Shown here in pieces: positions 36,975 through 51,494 of a DNA stretch of 64,000 bases (position 1 is the first letter of the stretch; the number at the start of each line of letters is the position of its first letter). A program made the position numbers and the translations under genes. Source of the DNA: Bispira polyomma. Its lineage: Eukaryota. The notes below the pieces were generated by a model that was not told where the DNA came from, did no database searches, and saw only the letters and a list, made by a program, of their open reading frames with translations. The DNA is taken from NCBI GenBank assembly GCA_965649765.1, contig OZ287755.1, positions 44,578,001-44,642,000 of the forward strand. The letters are read 5' to 3'.

Positions 36975-37875
36975 GACGCAGTCCTGCCGGAACTGAGCTG
37001 GACTCATTTTCCTGGTTAGTATGGGTTGGTTGTCCTTGTTGGCGACGCCTAGCATCGCACTTTGCTTGGGTGTACCCCACCTTTTTACAGAAACTGCATA
37101 TCGGCTTACCGTCAATTGTCCACTGATGCTGGAAAGCCCCTGCAGATTTCTGCGGTCGTGCAACTGCACATTATCCCATAGGCCATCCGATAGCCAATAC
37201 TTCATTAGATTTTTCACGAAGCCCTGCCAGATGTTCAATAATCTCTTTACTTTCTGGATTGAACCTCGACTTAACAAATTCACATCAATAGGTTTGTCAC
37301 GTCTACAGAAACTAAAAGCACAATTTGCCTGTTGCTCTTGACTTCCAATGGCCTGAGCCTGCGCAAATGTCTGAGGTCTATTCCCAATCAGTTTTCGTGC
37401 CATGGAGTCATCTGTGACCCCATCTGTCGAAGTATCTATCAAGCTACCTGCACAAGGGAGTGGCCAAAATTTTGTGCTGGATGGGCATCTTCTGCCAGTG
37501 CTAATATTCGTTCGCTGAAACTTTGTAACACTTTTATTTGTTGGTCCCTCCTGTAGGCTGTCCTTTGTCACTTTAATTTCTTGGTCCCTCCTGTAGCCTG
37601 TCCTTTGTCACTTAATATTTTTGGTCCCCCCTGTAGCCTGTCCTTTGTCTCAGATCAACTGTCCCTCAGCAAAACAGCCGCACCACTTCACTGTCTTTTG
37701 TACTACACACACACCACTTTTAGGTTGTTCCCAGCAAAACCCAGTTCCAAACACCACTGAAATGTCCATTGCAGCACCCACACACAACTGAATTGACCTC
37801 TACAGCTCATATACAGCAACAAGTTTGTGCTCTCAGTTGTTGAACTCTTTTTAAACAGCCACAGCAACAAGGTTG
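36975..37875 (-). pseudogene. LTR-retrotransposon gag-like relic, copy 2 (tandem duplicate)
   Basis: Colinear with 35567-36783. Confidence 0.65.
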
Positions 37876-37929
37876 CATGTTTTCCTTAGGTTTTGGGTTG
37901 TTGACTTATGTGATACATGTCAATGTCCT

Positions 37930-40900
37930 TACACATTGGCTTTCCGGAAAAACATTTTTCTTATTCCAGTCTTTCACCGTAGATTTTAATTTATCTTTAA
38001 TCACACTATCATTCAGATATCTGCTTCAAGGAACCTCACAGGTATAGTGGTAACACTCTCGTCCACCACTTCTGTCTAAGCTTCAAATGTGGCCCTGGTG
38101 TGTATGCGGATATGTTGACAGTAGTCTTACTGAATTCCTTTGGCTTGCAGAGTTAAAAAGAATCCAAAAATATAAATTGAAACTTACCCTTGCTAGAAGT
38201 AGAACAAAACCGACAGTCCCCAGCATTCTGTATCTCACGAGTTAACACTTGAATGAAAGCCTGGGGCTGTGAAATGTGACTTCTGTAGCACAATGTTTTC
38301 GAAACTATTTCTAACACTTGGCTGACTTGGTATAAAGATGGCGGTAGCCGTAATATACCTCCTATATATACTACTTTTCTTCAATAAGACTACCTCCACG
38401 GTAATCTTTAAGGGTATTAGTTATGTCTGCCCACTTTGACATTTTAATTATTCTACGAAAAACCACAGAAAACAAAGCTGATATGGTTGCTGAAGACAGT
38501 AGTGTTACTGAATGCCTTTGGCTTGCAGAGTAAAAAAGAATCCAAAAATAAAAATTTAAACTTACCCTTTCTCAATTGACAGTCACATTTAGAAGTTTTC
38601 ACCTGTGAGATGCAATACTTGAGCTTTATGCAGAGCAAAAATCTCTTAATGATCCATAATACCTCATAGCATGGGTACTATAGAGCAACTTACTCTTTCT
38701 CTATTGACATTTTGAAGTGTTCAAATGTGAGATGCAAAACTTTAAGCTTTAAACAGAGCAAAAATCTCTTAACGATCCATAATAACTCATAATACAGGTA
38801 CTATAGAGCAACTCTATTGTCATATCAAAACAATCATGCATGTCATCTTGCTAAACCTATTTGACACTTGCATTAATTTACTGTCAAAAATTAACTATCA
38901 GGTGTACACTCATTTTAGCTATTATATTATGTTATATACCCGTTGATGATGTTTTGGTGCACTTGATTAGGTCACCCCTGGTTTTTTTTGGCATTGTACC
39001 CGGTTTGGATAACAGGTAATATGTACTACAATAGCAAATATTTTCAGTTACTTACAATATTTCAAAAACCATTGAAGGCATAGGAACTGGCCTCCCTCCT
39101 GATATACAATGTAATAGGACTTACATTTGAGGCTTCAGGAAAATTATAAATATGTGTACTTATTAAGTGTGTTATTGTTGTGATGAATAAAACAGAGGAA
39201 TGCAAATAGTGTCTTTGTTTGAGAATACTAATAATACAAATTTACCCCCTTATTGACAGTGTGTCGCAAAATGTCCATCAACATAAACATTGCTTGACTA
39301 CTTACCCAAAACTTCGTACAATGTAGTCGCATCTTTGAGTTTAAGTTGCTTCTGAATTAAGTTTGTCGAAAAACGTCTACTACTTACCCAAAATGAAGCA
39401 GTCACATCTTTGAGTTTAAGTTGCCTCTAAATTAAGCTTCCTTAGATAAAAATAGACTTGGAAATGGAATAAAGCACAGGAATGTGAATGAAGTATTTGT
39501 TTGAGACTACTATTTATACTAATAATACAAACTTACCCCATTAAAGTTGCTTCAGGACTTGCCAAAGACTTCATATAATGCAGTTGCAATCTTTGAGGAT
39601 AAAAATACACTTGGAAATGGAATATGAACATGTAATCTACCATATGGATCTATTAGATCTATTTTTACAGATAAAAAATCTCTGTTCTTATACATTGACT
39701 TTCTGGAAAAACATTTTTGTTATTCCAGTCCTTACCTTAGATTTTAATTTATCTTTAATCACACTATCATTTATATATCTGCATCCAGGAACCTCACTGG
39801 TGTAGTGGTAAGACTATCGTCTCCCACTTCTGTCATTGTGGCTTTGAATGTTGACCTGAGCGTGTATATGCAAACTTGACAGTAGTTGTACTGAATACCG
39901 TTGGCTTGCAGAGTACAATAAAAACCTAGATTCAAACTTACCCTTTTTTTCTGTCTCCTGAACAGGAGGACGTTCCAATTTTCTCAAAGAAACTCGCATT
40001 CAGACTGCAAGTGCTGCTGCGAGCTTTGCAGGGCGTCCATTTGTCTATTGAGGCTGTGAATATCTGGATCCAAATTATTATTGGCAGTTACCTTAAGCAT
40101 GAGTGGGAATTTATTTGCCTACTTAAAAATCAAGTGAGGGGTGTAAAAGTGCTTGCCCCCTTATTGACAGTCTGTCGCAAAACGCCCATCAACATAAACA
40201 TTGCTTGACTACTTACCGAAAACCTCATACAATGCAGTCACATCTTTGAGTTTAAGTTGCCTCTAAATTAAGCTTCCTGGGATAAAAATAGACTTGGAAA
40301 TGGAATAAAGCACAAGAATGTGAATGAAGTTTTTGTTTGAGAATTCTATTTATACTAATAATACAAACTTACCCCATTAAAGTTGCTTCAGGACTTGCCA
40401 AAGACTTCATAAAATGCAGTTGCAATCTTTGAGTTTAAGTTGCCTCTGAATTAAGCTTCCTGGGATAAAAATACACTTGGAAATGGAATATGAACATGTA
40501 ATCTACCATATGGATCTATTAGATCTATTTTTACAGATAAAAAATCTTTGTTCTTATACATTGGCTTTCTGGAAAAACATTTTTGTTATTCCAGTCCTTC
40601 ACCTTAGATTTTAATTTATCTTTAATCACACTATCATTTATATATCTGCATCCAGGAACCTCACTGGTGTAGTGGTAAGACTATCGTCTCTCACTTCTGT
40701 CGTTGTGGCTTTGAATGTTGACCCTAGCGTGTATATGCAAACTTGACAGTAGTTGTACTGAATGTCGTTGGCTTGCAGAGTACAATAAAAACTTAAATTC
40801 AAACTTACCCTTTTTTTCTGTCTCCTGAACAGGACGTTCCAATTTTCTCAAAGCAACTCGCATTCAGACTGCAAGTGCTGCTGCGAGCTTTGCAGCGCGT

Positions 40901-43900
40901 CCATTTGTCTATTGAGGCTGTGATTATCTGGATCCAAATTATTATTGGCAGTTATCTTAAGCAGGAGTGGGAATTTATTTGCCAACTTAAAAATCAAGTG
41001 AGGGGTGCCAAAGACTTCATATAATGCAGTTGCAATCTTTGAATTCAAGTTGCCTCTGAATTAAGCTTCCTGGGATAAAAATACATTTGAAATGGAATAT
41101 AAACATGTAATCTACCATATGGATCTATTAGATCTATTTTTACAGATAAAAAATCTCTGTTCTTATACATTGGCTTTCCGGGAAAAACATTTTTCCTATT
41201 CTAGTCTTTTACCCTACATTTTAATTTATCTTTAATCACACTATCATTTATATATCTACATCCAGGAACCTCACTGGTGTAGTGGTAAGACTATCGTCTC
41301 CCACTTCTGTCATTGTGGCTTTGAATGTTGACCCTAGTGTGTATATGCAAACTTGACAGTAGTTGTACTGAATACCGTTGGCTTGCAGAGTACAATAAAA
41401 ACCTAGATTCAAACTTACCCTTTTTTTCTGTCTCCTGAACAGGAGGACGTTCCAATTTTCTTAAAGCAACTCGCATTCAGACTGCAAGTGCTGCTGCGAG
41501 CTTTGCAGGGCGTCCATTTGTCTATTGAGGCTGTGAATATCTGGATCCAAATGATTATTGGCAGTTATCTTAAGCATGAGTGGGAATTTATTTGCCAACT
41601 TAAAAATCAAGTGAGGGGTGCCAAAGACTTCATGTAATGCAGTTGCAATCTTTGAGTTTAAGTTGCCTCTGAATTAAGCTTCCTGGGATAAAAATACATT
41701 TGAAATGGAATATAAACATGTAATCTACCATATGGATCTATTTGATCTATTTTTACAGATAAAAAATCTCTGTTCTTATACATTGGCTTTCTGGAACAAC
41801 ATTTTTCTTAATCACGTCTTTCACCGTCTATTTTAATTTATCTTTAATCACACTATCATTTATATATCTGCATCCAGGAACCTCACTGGTGTAGTGGTAA
41901 GACTATCGTCTCTCACTTCTGTCATTGTGGCTTTGAATGTTGACCCTAGCGTGTATATGCAAACTTAACAGTAGTTGTACTGAATGCTGTTGGCTTGCAC
42001 AGTACAATAAAAACCTAAATTCAAACTTACCCTTTTTTTCTGTCTCGTGAACAGGAGGACGTTCCAATTTTAAGACTGGGATCTTAATAACAGTGTGTCA
42101 TAAAAAAGTCCATCAACGTAAATATTTCTTGTCAACTTACCCAAGACTGCCACAGCATTCTGTATCTCACTAGTTACCACTTGAATCACAGCCTTGGGCT
42201 GTAAAATGTGACTTCTGTGGCACAAAGTTTCCGAAACAATTTGCAGCACTAGGCTGACTTAGTATGACAATGGACGTAGCTGTTATGTACCTCCTATGTA
42301 TACTACCTTTTTTCAATAAGACCACCCCCACGGTAATCTTTGAGAATATTAGTTGGGTCTGCCCACTTTGAAATTTTCATTATTCTGCTGAAAAATCACA
42401 AGAAACAATGCTGATACCATTGCTAAAGACAGTAGTCTTACTGAATGCCTTTGGCTTGCAGAGTAAAAAGAATCCAAAAATAGAAATTTATACTTACCCT
42501 TTCTTAATTGACATTCACATTCAGAAGTGTTCACCTGTGAGATGCAAAACTTTGAGCTTTATGCAGAGCAAAAATCATTTAACGATCCATAATGACTCAT
42601 AATACTTGTACTATACAGCAACTTTGTCGTATTAAAACAATCATGCATGTCTTGTTAAACTTATTTGACACTTGCAATAATTTACTGTCAAAAATTAACT
42701 ATCAGGTATAGACTCATTTTAGCTGTTATATTATATGAGTAATCTACTGATTTATGGTGTTCTGGTGCACTTGATAAGGCCACCCCTGAGTATTGTTCAT
42801 CTGTGGCATTGTTCCTGGTTTAGGTAACAGGTTTTATGTACTTTAACAGCAAATATTTTAAGTTACCTACATTATTTTGAAAACCATTAAAGGCATAGGA
42901 ACTGCCCTCCCTCCTGATATACAAAGTGATAGGACTTGCATTTGAGGCTTAGGGAAAATTATAAATATGTGTACTTATTAAGTATGTTATTATTGTGATA
43001 AATAAAACAGAGGAATGTAAATAGTGTCTTTGTTTAAGAATACTAATAATACAAATTTACCCCCTTATTGACAGTGTGTCGCAAAATGTCCATCAACATA
43101 AACATTGCTTGACAACTTACCCAAAACTTCGTACAATGCAGTCGCATCTTTGAGTTTAAGTTGCTTCTGAATTAAGTTTCCTGGGATAAAAATACACTTG
43201 GAAATGGAATATGACCATGTAATCTAACATATGGATCTATTAGATCTATTTTTACAAATAAAAAAATCTCTTTATACATTGGCTTTCCGGGGAAAACATT
43301 TTTCCTATTCTAGTCTTTTACCCTAAATTTGAATTTATCTTTAATCACACTATCATTTTTATATCTGCATCCAGGAACCTCACTGGTGTAGTAGTGACAC
43401 CTCGTCTGCCACTTCTGTCGTTGTGGCTTTGAATGTCGGCCCTGGTGTGTATAAGGATATGTTGACAGTGGTAATTGAAATGAACCCTACAATGATCTTA
43501 AAAAATTTGAACATGTTATGCAGTCAGTATCAATGACCAAACCAAATCAACCATAAACATTTTCAGAGGCACATACTGTAAGGTAAGTAAACAATACAGA
43601 AGTATGTTGTCTACTCACAGGCCACACGTATCACTTGCTAGAAGTAGAACTTAACCAACAGTCCACATCATTCTGTATCTCACTAGTTAACACATGAATG
43701 ACTACCCCACAGTAATCTTTAAGGGTATTAGTTATGTCTGCCCTCTTTGACATTTCAATTATTCTGCCGAAAAAACCACAACAAACAATGCTGATATGAT
43801 TGCTGAAGACAGTAGTCTTACTGAATGCCTTTAAATTGCAGAGTAAAAATCTAAAATAGAGATTTAAACTTAACCTTTCTCAATTTACAGTCACATTCAG

Positions 43901-44330
43901 AAGTGCTGACCTGTGAGATGCAAAACTTTGAGCTTTATGCAGAGGTCCTCCGTGGCCGAGTGGTTAGCAAGTTTGGCATCTAATCACAGGCTGTCACCTC
44001 TGTGTGGGTTCGCCTCCCACAAGTGACAAATGCTGTGGGCCTGTCCCAATATGACCCTGGCTGTTGAACGGGTCGTAAAACCCTAAACTTTGAGCTTTAT
44101 GCAGAGCAAAATCTTTTAATGATCCATTATAACTCGGTATTATACGGGTACTATAGATCAACTTACCCTTTCTCATTTGACAGTCACATTCAGAAATGCT
44201 GACTTGTGAGATGCAAAACTTTGAGCTTTATGCAAAGCAAAAATCTTTTAACGATCCATAATAATAATACGGGTACTGTAGATCAACTTGTTGTATTAAA
44301 ACAATCATACATGTAATCTTGCTAAACTTA
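37930..44330. repeat. Complex nested tandem/segmental duplication (core units ~610 and ~870 bp)
   Basis: atttatctttaatcacactatca recurs near 37990, 39745, 40615, 41225, 41835 and 43335; block 38190-39500 recurs at 42150-43200 and 43640-44330. Confidence 0.85.
43945..44092 (+). mobile_element. Short tRNA-derived SINE with target duplication
   Basis: A box tggccgagtgg, B-box-like ggttcgcctccc; direct repeat aaactttgagctttatgcagag at 43923-43944 and 44085-44106. Confidence 0.88.
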
Positions 44331-46576
44331 ATTGAGATCCTCAGTGGGCGAGTGGTTAGCAAGTTTGGCATCTAATTACAGGCTGTCACAGGTGACAAAT
44401 GCAATTCAAAACTTGAATAGTTTGTCACAAAGTAATTAAAACACCTATACAACGATTCTTGCATTGTGACGTCACACAATTTTAAATCTATGGTGGAACG
44501 CCACATTGTAAACAAATATTAGAGAGACAGCCTTCTATCGTGACACTTTACATGTATTGATTCAGCATATATCAACACATTATGTACACTACAAATTCAA
44601 ATGTGGCTTAAAGTTAACCTGATCTCCTGTATGATGTGTGCTGTAGCATGACCTTGCTTAAAATGATTTGGATTAAATCATGCACTTGATAACCTTGGTT
44701 AGGTATAGGCTAAGCTTGGTGGAAAGTATTCCCTGGATTGGAGAAAATAGTACATTGTAAATGAGGTTTTGTGTACAAAATGGGTTTGTCCTAATTCCAC
44801 TTTTACTCTGAGTGAGTGTCTCTTATTACCATTTGATTGTATACCAAGGCTAATGAGGATTTAGTGGGGTGGGTGTCATATAGTTCACCTTGACCTGAAG
44901 GTTTTGTTACAAGGTTACCTAGGAATTCAAGTCTATAGAGGTATGGAGTGACATGGGGTTCCCAGGAGGTCTAAAATATAAATATATATTGATTTTTGAA
45001 AACGTGGCCATGACCTTGGGTGACCCTTGAATTATTCCTGAATGTTGAGGCCTTGTGGAGCATTTGTTCTTAGTTTATGCTGCCAGTTGCGCTGTATGGT
45101 TCTCCTGATGTTCAGGGCTTAAAGGATGGGCATGTATAAAATCAACAATGTATTTTGATAACTTCCGGTCCATTGTGATCTGGGAGATTGTAGTTTTGGC
45201 CAACGGTATCCTTAGTATTTTTGCAAGTGATGTTTTAGAAATGACTTTGAAATCTATCCATTAGCCTTCTTTTTTTATCTATATATTGTAATTTATAGGT
45301 TTTACATGTGATGCAGTAAATTAGGTTACCACTTTTGCAATCAATTCTAATTTTACTGGAGTAATCACGCCATGAAGGTACTAGTGATTTTGCTTGATTT
45401 GTTGAGGTTTGGACAATATCTGCAGGTGTTGGTGGTCCAGGGGTTTTGATGTGCTATAGGACAAGTATGTGTTGGTCTGGGTTTTGGTGGGTATCAAGTG
45501 CGAGCATTGGCCAATATGTCTTTTAGGTTTTGCATCACCTATAGTCATAAGTGATCTCATCATGTAGGTGTTTGGTGTTATTTGATCTGGTCAAGAAATC
45601 CCAATTTTCGGTAATTGTTCTTTTTTGGGTTTACCCCAGTCAGGTTGGTGTGTGGTAATTAGATATAGGTTTGTATCTGTTGTTGTATTTACCTTAGGAG
45701 TTGGTGTTAACAGAAGGTCTCGTTCCTTTCTTCTAGCCTGAATCCAGGCTTGCTCTATGAGTTCAATCGGGTAGCCTCTTCTGAGGAAGTGATTGGCTAA
45801 AATGAGGTTGTAGTAACAGATAATTCATCCGTGCATCATTTCGAATTACTGCCAACCGCAGCACTAGCTCCTCTCTTCCTACACTCAGGACTTCTGCTAC
45901 TAGAGTGTGGCTTTATATTTTGGATAAGGACCTCGGTGTCAATGACAATGTGAGGCTTATCTACTGACTGCTACTGAGTTACATTTGTAGTGGAGCTCTC
46001 AATGGTGTTTAATCTCTCAGCAAAAGATCTCATCTGACTTAAGATAGCTGCCAAAGATTGCTGAATTTTTAGGTCAGCGCTTAAAACTATTTTGTTTGCT
46101 AGTCAAAGATTCGTCTTCATCCAAAAACAAGTCATCGAACTTGTCTTTTTCAGGCACTTTCCTAACAGCAGTAAGAGACTTGCAGGCACCACAGTCTATT
46201 TTGAGTGAGCAAGGATCATCTCCCTTACTTGATTCTATTTATGACAGAATTTGTGGTTGTCAAAACCAGACATCAAGTGTCCAAAAAACAACGATATTTT
46301 TCAAAATTTTGGTAAATTCATTACTGACATCATTAGTTTCTAAAGAAGACATGATATTGTTTTGAAAACTGAAGTAAAAAATAAAATCCTGCAAAAAAAA
46401 CAACAAATATCTTCAAAATATGGACCTCACTGTTGATGGCCAACAAAATAATGAACTAAACAAGTGATCATGTGACCCTTTTGGCGGGAGGGTGGACTAC
46501 TGTATATACCCATTGGCTGGTTGAGGTAGTGATATACCTTAAAATTTGCATGTCTGCGTTGGCCAATGGGTTGGAT

Positions 46577-46692
46577 AGGCATTTAATCACAGGCTGTCAC
46601 CTCTGTGTGGGTTCGCCTGCCACGAGTGACAAATGCTGTGGGCCTGTCCCAATATGACCCTGGGTGTTAAACGGGACGTAAAACCCTAAACT
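46577..46692 (+). mobile_element. 5'-truncated copy of the same SINE
   Basis: Matches 43975-44090; 18-bp direct repeat ttggccaatgggttggat at 46559-46576 and 46693-46710. Confidence 0.88.
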
Positions 46693-48299
46693 TTGGCCAA
46701 TGGGTTGGATGGCTCCAACATACAGCTATATTAGAAAACGATAGTAGTATTTCGTTATAATAATTTAAATAAAAAATTAAATTTTCAAGTTTGTTGTAAT
46801 TGTCTATGGATGAACAAATAGTCTCACCCTTAGAAATTGACTATAAGGTAGACTGGTTTTGCAGTGTTTAGGATGAGAACATGTACAGAAAGTAGTTCTG
46901 TGAGTCAGTTGGTTTACTGTTTAAGTCCACATCTAGGGAGCCTTGGGTGTTTAGGCTGACAGTGGTGTCTAAATAATTCACTGATATTTGCGATATTTCT
47001 CAGATGAATTTTATAGTTTGATGGCAGGAATTAAGATGTAAAATAAAATCATCCAGGTTTTGTCTACCATCTATCCAGATCATGAAGCTATCATCTATGA
47101 ACCTCAGCCAGATTAGTGGTTGGTTTGGATATGTGTATATGTTACACCCAATTGGTGAAATTGCCCATTTCATAAAATGGGCAACAAAATTGCCCATTTC
47201 GTGAAATGAGCAATGTTATGTACGAAAAAATATTTTTTATACACAGATCTTCAAAATATTTCGATAGAGGAAATTTCACAATTTACAAATGTGTAATAAT
47301 TTATTATCTAACAATTTATACTTGACATTTAATAATCAAAATTGCCCATGAAGTTGTTGGCATGTGAGGGGGCTACCTTGGTTCCCATGGCAGTACCTCC
47401 TATTTGTAGGTAGTGCTGTCTATTGAATTCAAAATTGTTTTTAGTTAGGACTAGTTCAAGTAGTTGGACTAGAAACTGGTTGGAGAGATGTTGTGCCCCT
47501 GATCTATATTTGGCAAATGTTTTTGCCGCTGCTCGGATACCCTCCTTTTTGGGGATGTTGGTGTATAGAGCATTGACATCCAGAGTTACTAGATAGTCTG
47601 GCTAGAGATCATGTATTAGAAAACGAAATGACTAGGGAAATTCTTGAGGACAGCATTTTCTATCATTTTACTTCACAAAATCAAACTTTTTTTTTTGCAA
47701 TAACCTTTCTTTGGTGCTCAGCACGTGGCAGTCGATCTTATATTTTTAATCCTTATCTTATTCCGTTTGAAATCAAGATATACAGTTTGATCTACTCAAA
47801 GTACTGATGGATTCCCTATATAGGAGGTCTGGTTATAGAATGATTTATATATGTGCCAAACACTAGGTTTGGGGATATATATAACATACATGTAGATATT
47901 TCTTTTTTAAATAAAAATTTGTAAGGAATTTAAAATTTGCCACAATCTGAAATTCGCCACTAAAAAAATGTTGTGTTTTGGTTACACCTAAACAACTTTC
48001 TGCTTGTCTGTTAAATACTAAATGCACCTTCTAATCCATGCACTCCAAGGAAGCCTGTGCATCTTCAACTGCATGCACTTTAATCAAATGCATCATAAAG
48101 CCATTCGTACCAACTCAAATGCATCTCAAAGTTATACACAACCAAATAAATGTACAAGACCAATCAACCGATTCTGTACACTATTTACATGGAGGACGTC
48201 TGATCATCTACAAAAACAAAAGAAAGACAACCATAAGTCATGTGAAAAAAAAAAAATTACTTGAAATTTGTTATATAATTAGCCTATTTGACTTTTCTT

Positions 48300-48800
48300 A
48301 ACAATTTCAATGCGGAATTGTCATCTGATTTCTGCGGACTTTTATACAATTTTCTGACCATAAGATCTTCCTCTGTATCACTAGGATCCATTGAAACTTG
48401 CTGCAAGTCCTTAATAACCCTTTCTTCGTTTATGCTGTACAGAATCTTTCAATCGAATTATGGTTTCTCTCAAGGTCTTCTGTCAAGATCTTCATCTAAA
48501 TTCTGTCTGATGCTAAGTAGCTGATTCTGTGCAATTCCTGGTGGATATTTTTGTCAAACTTAGTTGTGAACCTGTTGATTTCTGCAAAGTTGGTTTGTGT
48601 TGCCGTAGGCAAATCTCCGAAAAACTCCATTGCCTTACCTTGCAATAAAACAATCACTGGATCTTCTCTCCATCTGTCCACTTGTACTGAATGGCTAACA
48701 ATTCAAGCTGCTGTAAAAAAGCTTTCCAAGCTACTCCCTCAAAGCTGGATACCTTTGGCCATGGCATTCCTACTTCCCTTCTCGGTGGAAGTGGTGCGAA
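48300..48800 (-). pseudogene. Retrotransposon gag-like fragment nested in the Penelope-like relic
   Basis: LLQGKAMEFFGDLP...NFAEI..FTTKFD. Confidence 0.45.
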
Positions 48801-51410
48801 TGCACCTGTTGGTTATGTGTTTTGGTCGGGTCATGGTCTAATGTTTTGTAGAACAGTTGGTCGTGGAGTAGGTTTTTTTGTTATTTTTATGTAGTCTGTG
48901 GTGTTAATCACCACTACAGCTGAACCCTTGTGGGCGGATTTTATGGTGACATGTTTATTATCTGGGAGTTGTTTTGAGGCATTTATCCCTGACCTTGTAA
49001 GATTGTTAGTTTTGGGGGTTTTTTTTGGTAGGTTTGAGGTATCTACTTTATTTAATAGAAAAAATCTTTTTAGTGTGGGGAGACTGGTGGGGTCCCAAGT
49101 TGTCCTGCATTTGAATTTGTAGTGTTCAAATGCCACTAAAGAATTTAAAACATGGTCGTGGGTAGCCGGGTCAGTATTATGGTTTTCGGTACCTGAAATA
49201 GGTTGGTCCGTGCCATCCATTTCTGAGTAAAAGAAATGGCACCTTCTTAGATCCCTGTGAAATTTGTCAAGATCTACCAGATTTCGCCCTGGGGAAGGGC
49301 AGGAGTTTAGACCTTTTACTAATAGAGATTGTGCATGTAGACTTAGAGTGTAATCAAAGAAATTTACAACACTTACTGGTTCAGAAGAATCCATAGATCG
49401 TGGTTCAAGTTCATTGTTATTGTGTACATTGCGATGTACAGGAACGTTGATCAATTGGTAACACCCTTTTGATAGTTGGTTTTTAATGATACCACAGCAA
49501 TAAAACAAAAAAAATTTAATGCGGTTCCTAAATATACATTAAGATTTGATATTGGTGAACAATTTACTAGTGTTTATTGTCTTAAGGCCTGGATTATGGC
49601 CATTTCTTTCTGGGTTAGCTGCAGTTGGGGCCTTAGTTGCCCCCTGCCTCGATTGGCAGGTGAACAGGACCTGGTGGTTGCCTGGGGTGCCCGTGGGACC
49701 TGGATTAGTTCTTTCTCGGACACCCTTAGAAGTTTGGGTTGACAGGAACCAATTTTATGCCACAATGGTTGTAGTGGTAGGGTTTTGTTTTGACTTTGTA
49801 AGCCTTTTTGAAAGAGTTTGTCCCATCTGGTCCCTGTCTTGCTGAATTAAACTGGCCGAATGCTCTAAAGCTACTTTTGACCCGGACTTATCGTACCATA
49901 GATATTTTCAACAGTCATCATGAGGGCATTGCCCTTAGCGGTTTTTTTACAATATTTATTGTGCAATTCCTTGGCCATAGCCTCCAGAAAAAATTTGCCT
50001 ATGTCTTTGATTTTTGTTACAACGGGGGGAAGGCTCTCAGGTACTAGCAAATGTTGTGGGACTGCCCATACACCAAGGGCGTAGAATATCATCTTGAGCT
50101 TATTTCTTGAGATACTAGCCCCTAATTTTTGCTTTCTTAGCCGAAGAGATGACAGAACGGGTCTGGCGCCACAGATCCAATGCCTCTGACTTCACAATAA
50201 TGGTGTTGGTGTTCCGGAAAGATACAGATTTGTTTTTGTTTAGTAGGGAGGCAAAGTAAACTTGTTGCTGTTTGGCTTTAAATTTGTACGATAGGGATAT
50301 TGGAGCGAGTAAATAAATAGAGTTTTCACTGCTGGACGATTCTCCCATATGGATTTTATCTACAGAGTTATCAGAAACTGTACAGTACTCTACTTTAAAA
50401 AAACATACATATTATTTTGAGTGATTTACTTTTTTGAATATCTTTCCTCATGTTATAAAAACGAAAAATACAAAAAACGTTTGCAGGAAAGTAAATAAAA
50501 TGGTTTTCTGAAATGATCTGTGTGTGTTTAATCAAAAACCGAAATCATTCAAAATGACACTGAAGTATTCCTTTTTCTAGTGATGTATAATATTTTAATA
50601 TTGTTTTCTTTTTGTGTGTGAATTGTGTCACGTTTGTGAAGCATGTCTATATTAACCATTTTAGTTACAATTTTACACACATAAGCATCATATGTCCAAA
50701 TATACCCATTAAAATGACACGTAAAATATATAAATTAGCATATAATTAAAATATACGTCTTTTTTATTATTTTTACTCATGCAAAGGTAAAAATATTAGT
50801 CATAAACCAAGTCTAAGGTACAAAAAAGTAGTTGTACAGTTTGTTAGAAGGTTAAACACACATAACGTGATTATTCGGCAATCAGTTGATGTGATTCATT
50901 GATAGCCCCTTAAATATTGGTTAACTCAGTTAAATGCAAAATTGATGTATATAGAGTGCCTCATAAGCTCAACTACTGGGCTGGCTGTCTTTTTTTAATG
51001 TTTTCATTTTATGTAAATAACACTGTAATTACAGGTGGCACTATAATCAATTACTTTCTCTCTCTTCTCTCACCCCCCAGTATCACTTGCTTAATACAAT
51101 ATATGGAAAACCTCTTCCAAACACCAACAAGTTCAGAGCCATCTCGACATGCCAAACTTCATTGACTTTTCATTCTCAACTCACTACCTCAACCCCTCCA
51201 CCATATTCAGTACTTTCTGAGACCACAATACCTTATTCCTTTCACTAGACAAAAGTAAAACACACTAACTAATGCCTCCAAACACATTGTTGCAAAGATA
51301 CAACTACCACATCTACACTGCTTCTATTAAACACAAACCAAACCTGGCAAAAACTATGTCATCTGCCGAAGCGGCTTCATGGGCCACTCTAATCTTGTTG
51401 TTCTTTTCAG

Positions 51411-51494
51411 GCACGCGTGCATGCAGCTTTAGCAAAGCCAGTTTATCATAGATGTATAGAAGTCAGTAAAGTTATTGAAGAACTTTCAACAAAG
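51411..51494 (+). CDS. SMPD4: Sphingomyelin phosphodiesterase 4 homolog, first visible coding exon (start-codon exon not identified)
   Basis: ttcttttcag|...|gtaaga; ARVHAALAKPVYHRCIEVSKVIEELSTK resembles the vertebrate SMPD4 N-terminus (KP..QC..LVKVIEDFPAK, from memory). Confidence 0.82.

Larger units (their letters stand above)
45032..49400 (-). pseudogene. Fragmented Penelope-like element (RT plus GIY-YIG region) with several nested insertions
   Basis: LLVKGLNSCP, IKSAHKGSAVVV, LDVNALYTNIP, NNFEFN..YLQIGGTAMGTKVAPSHAN, WLRFIDD, FLRRGYP, CRYC, and C-terminal WQHKLRTNAPQGLN. Confidence 0.88.

Noticed and set aside
38490-38520. ctgaaga plus hairpin resembling a hammerhead core (also 43803, 13520, 22180)
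   Set aside because: They lack GAAA after a properly closed stem II, or lack stems I and III
43560-43590. ttttcag-16 nt-gtaagt microexon as a possible upstream SMPD4 exon
   Set aside because: No ATG or homology support; the SMPD4 start exon could not be identified
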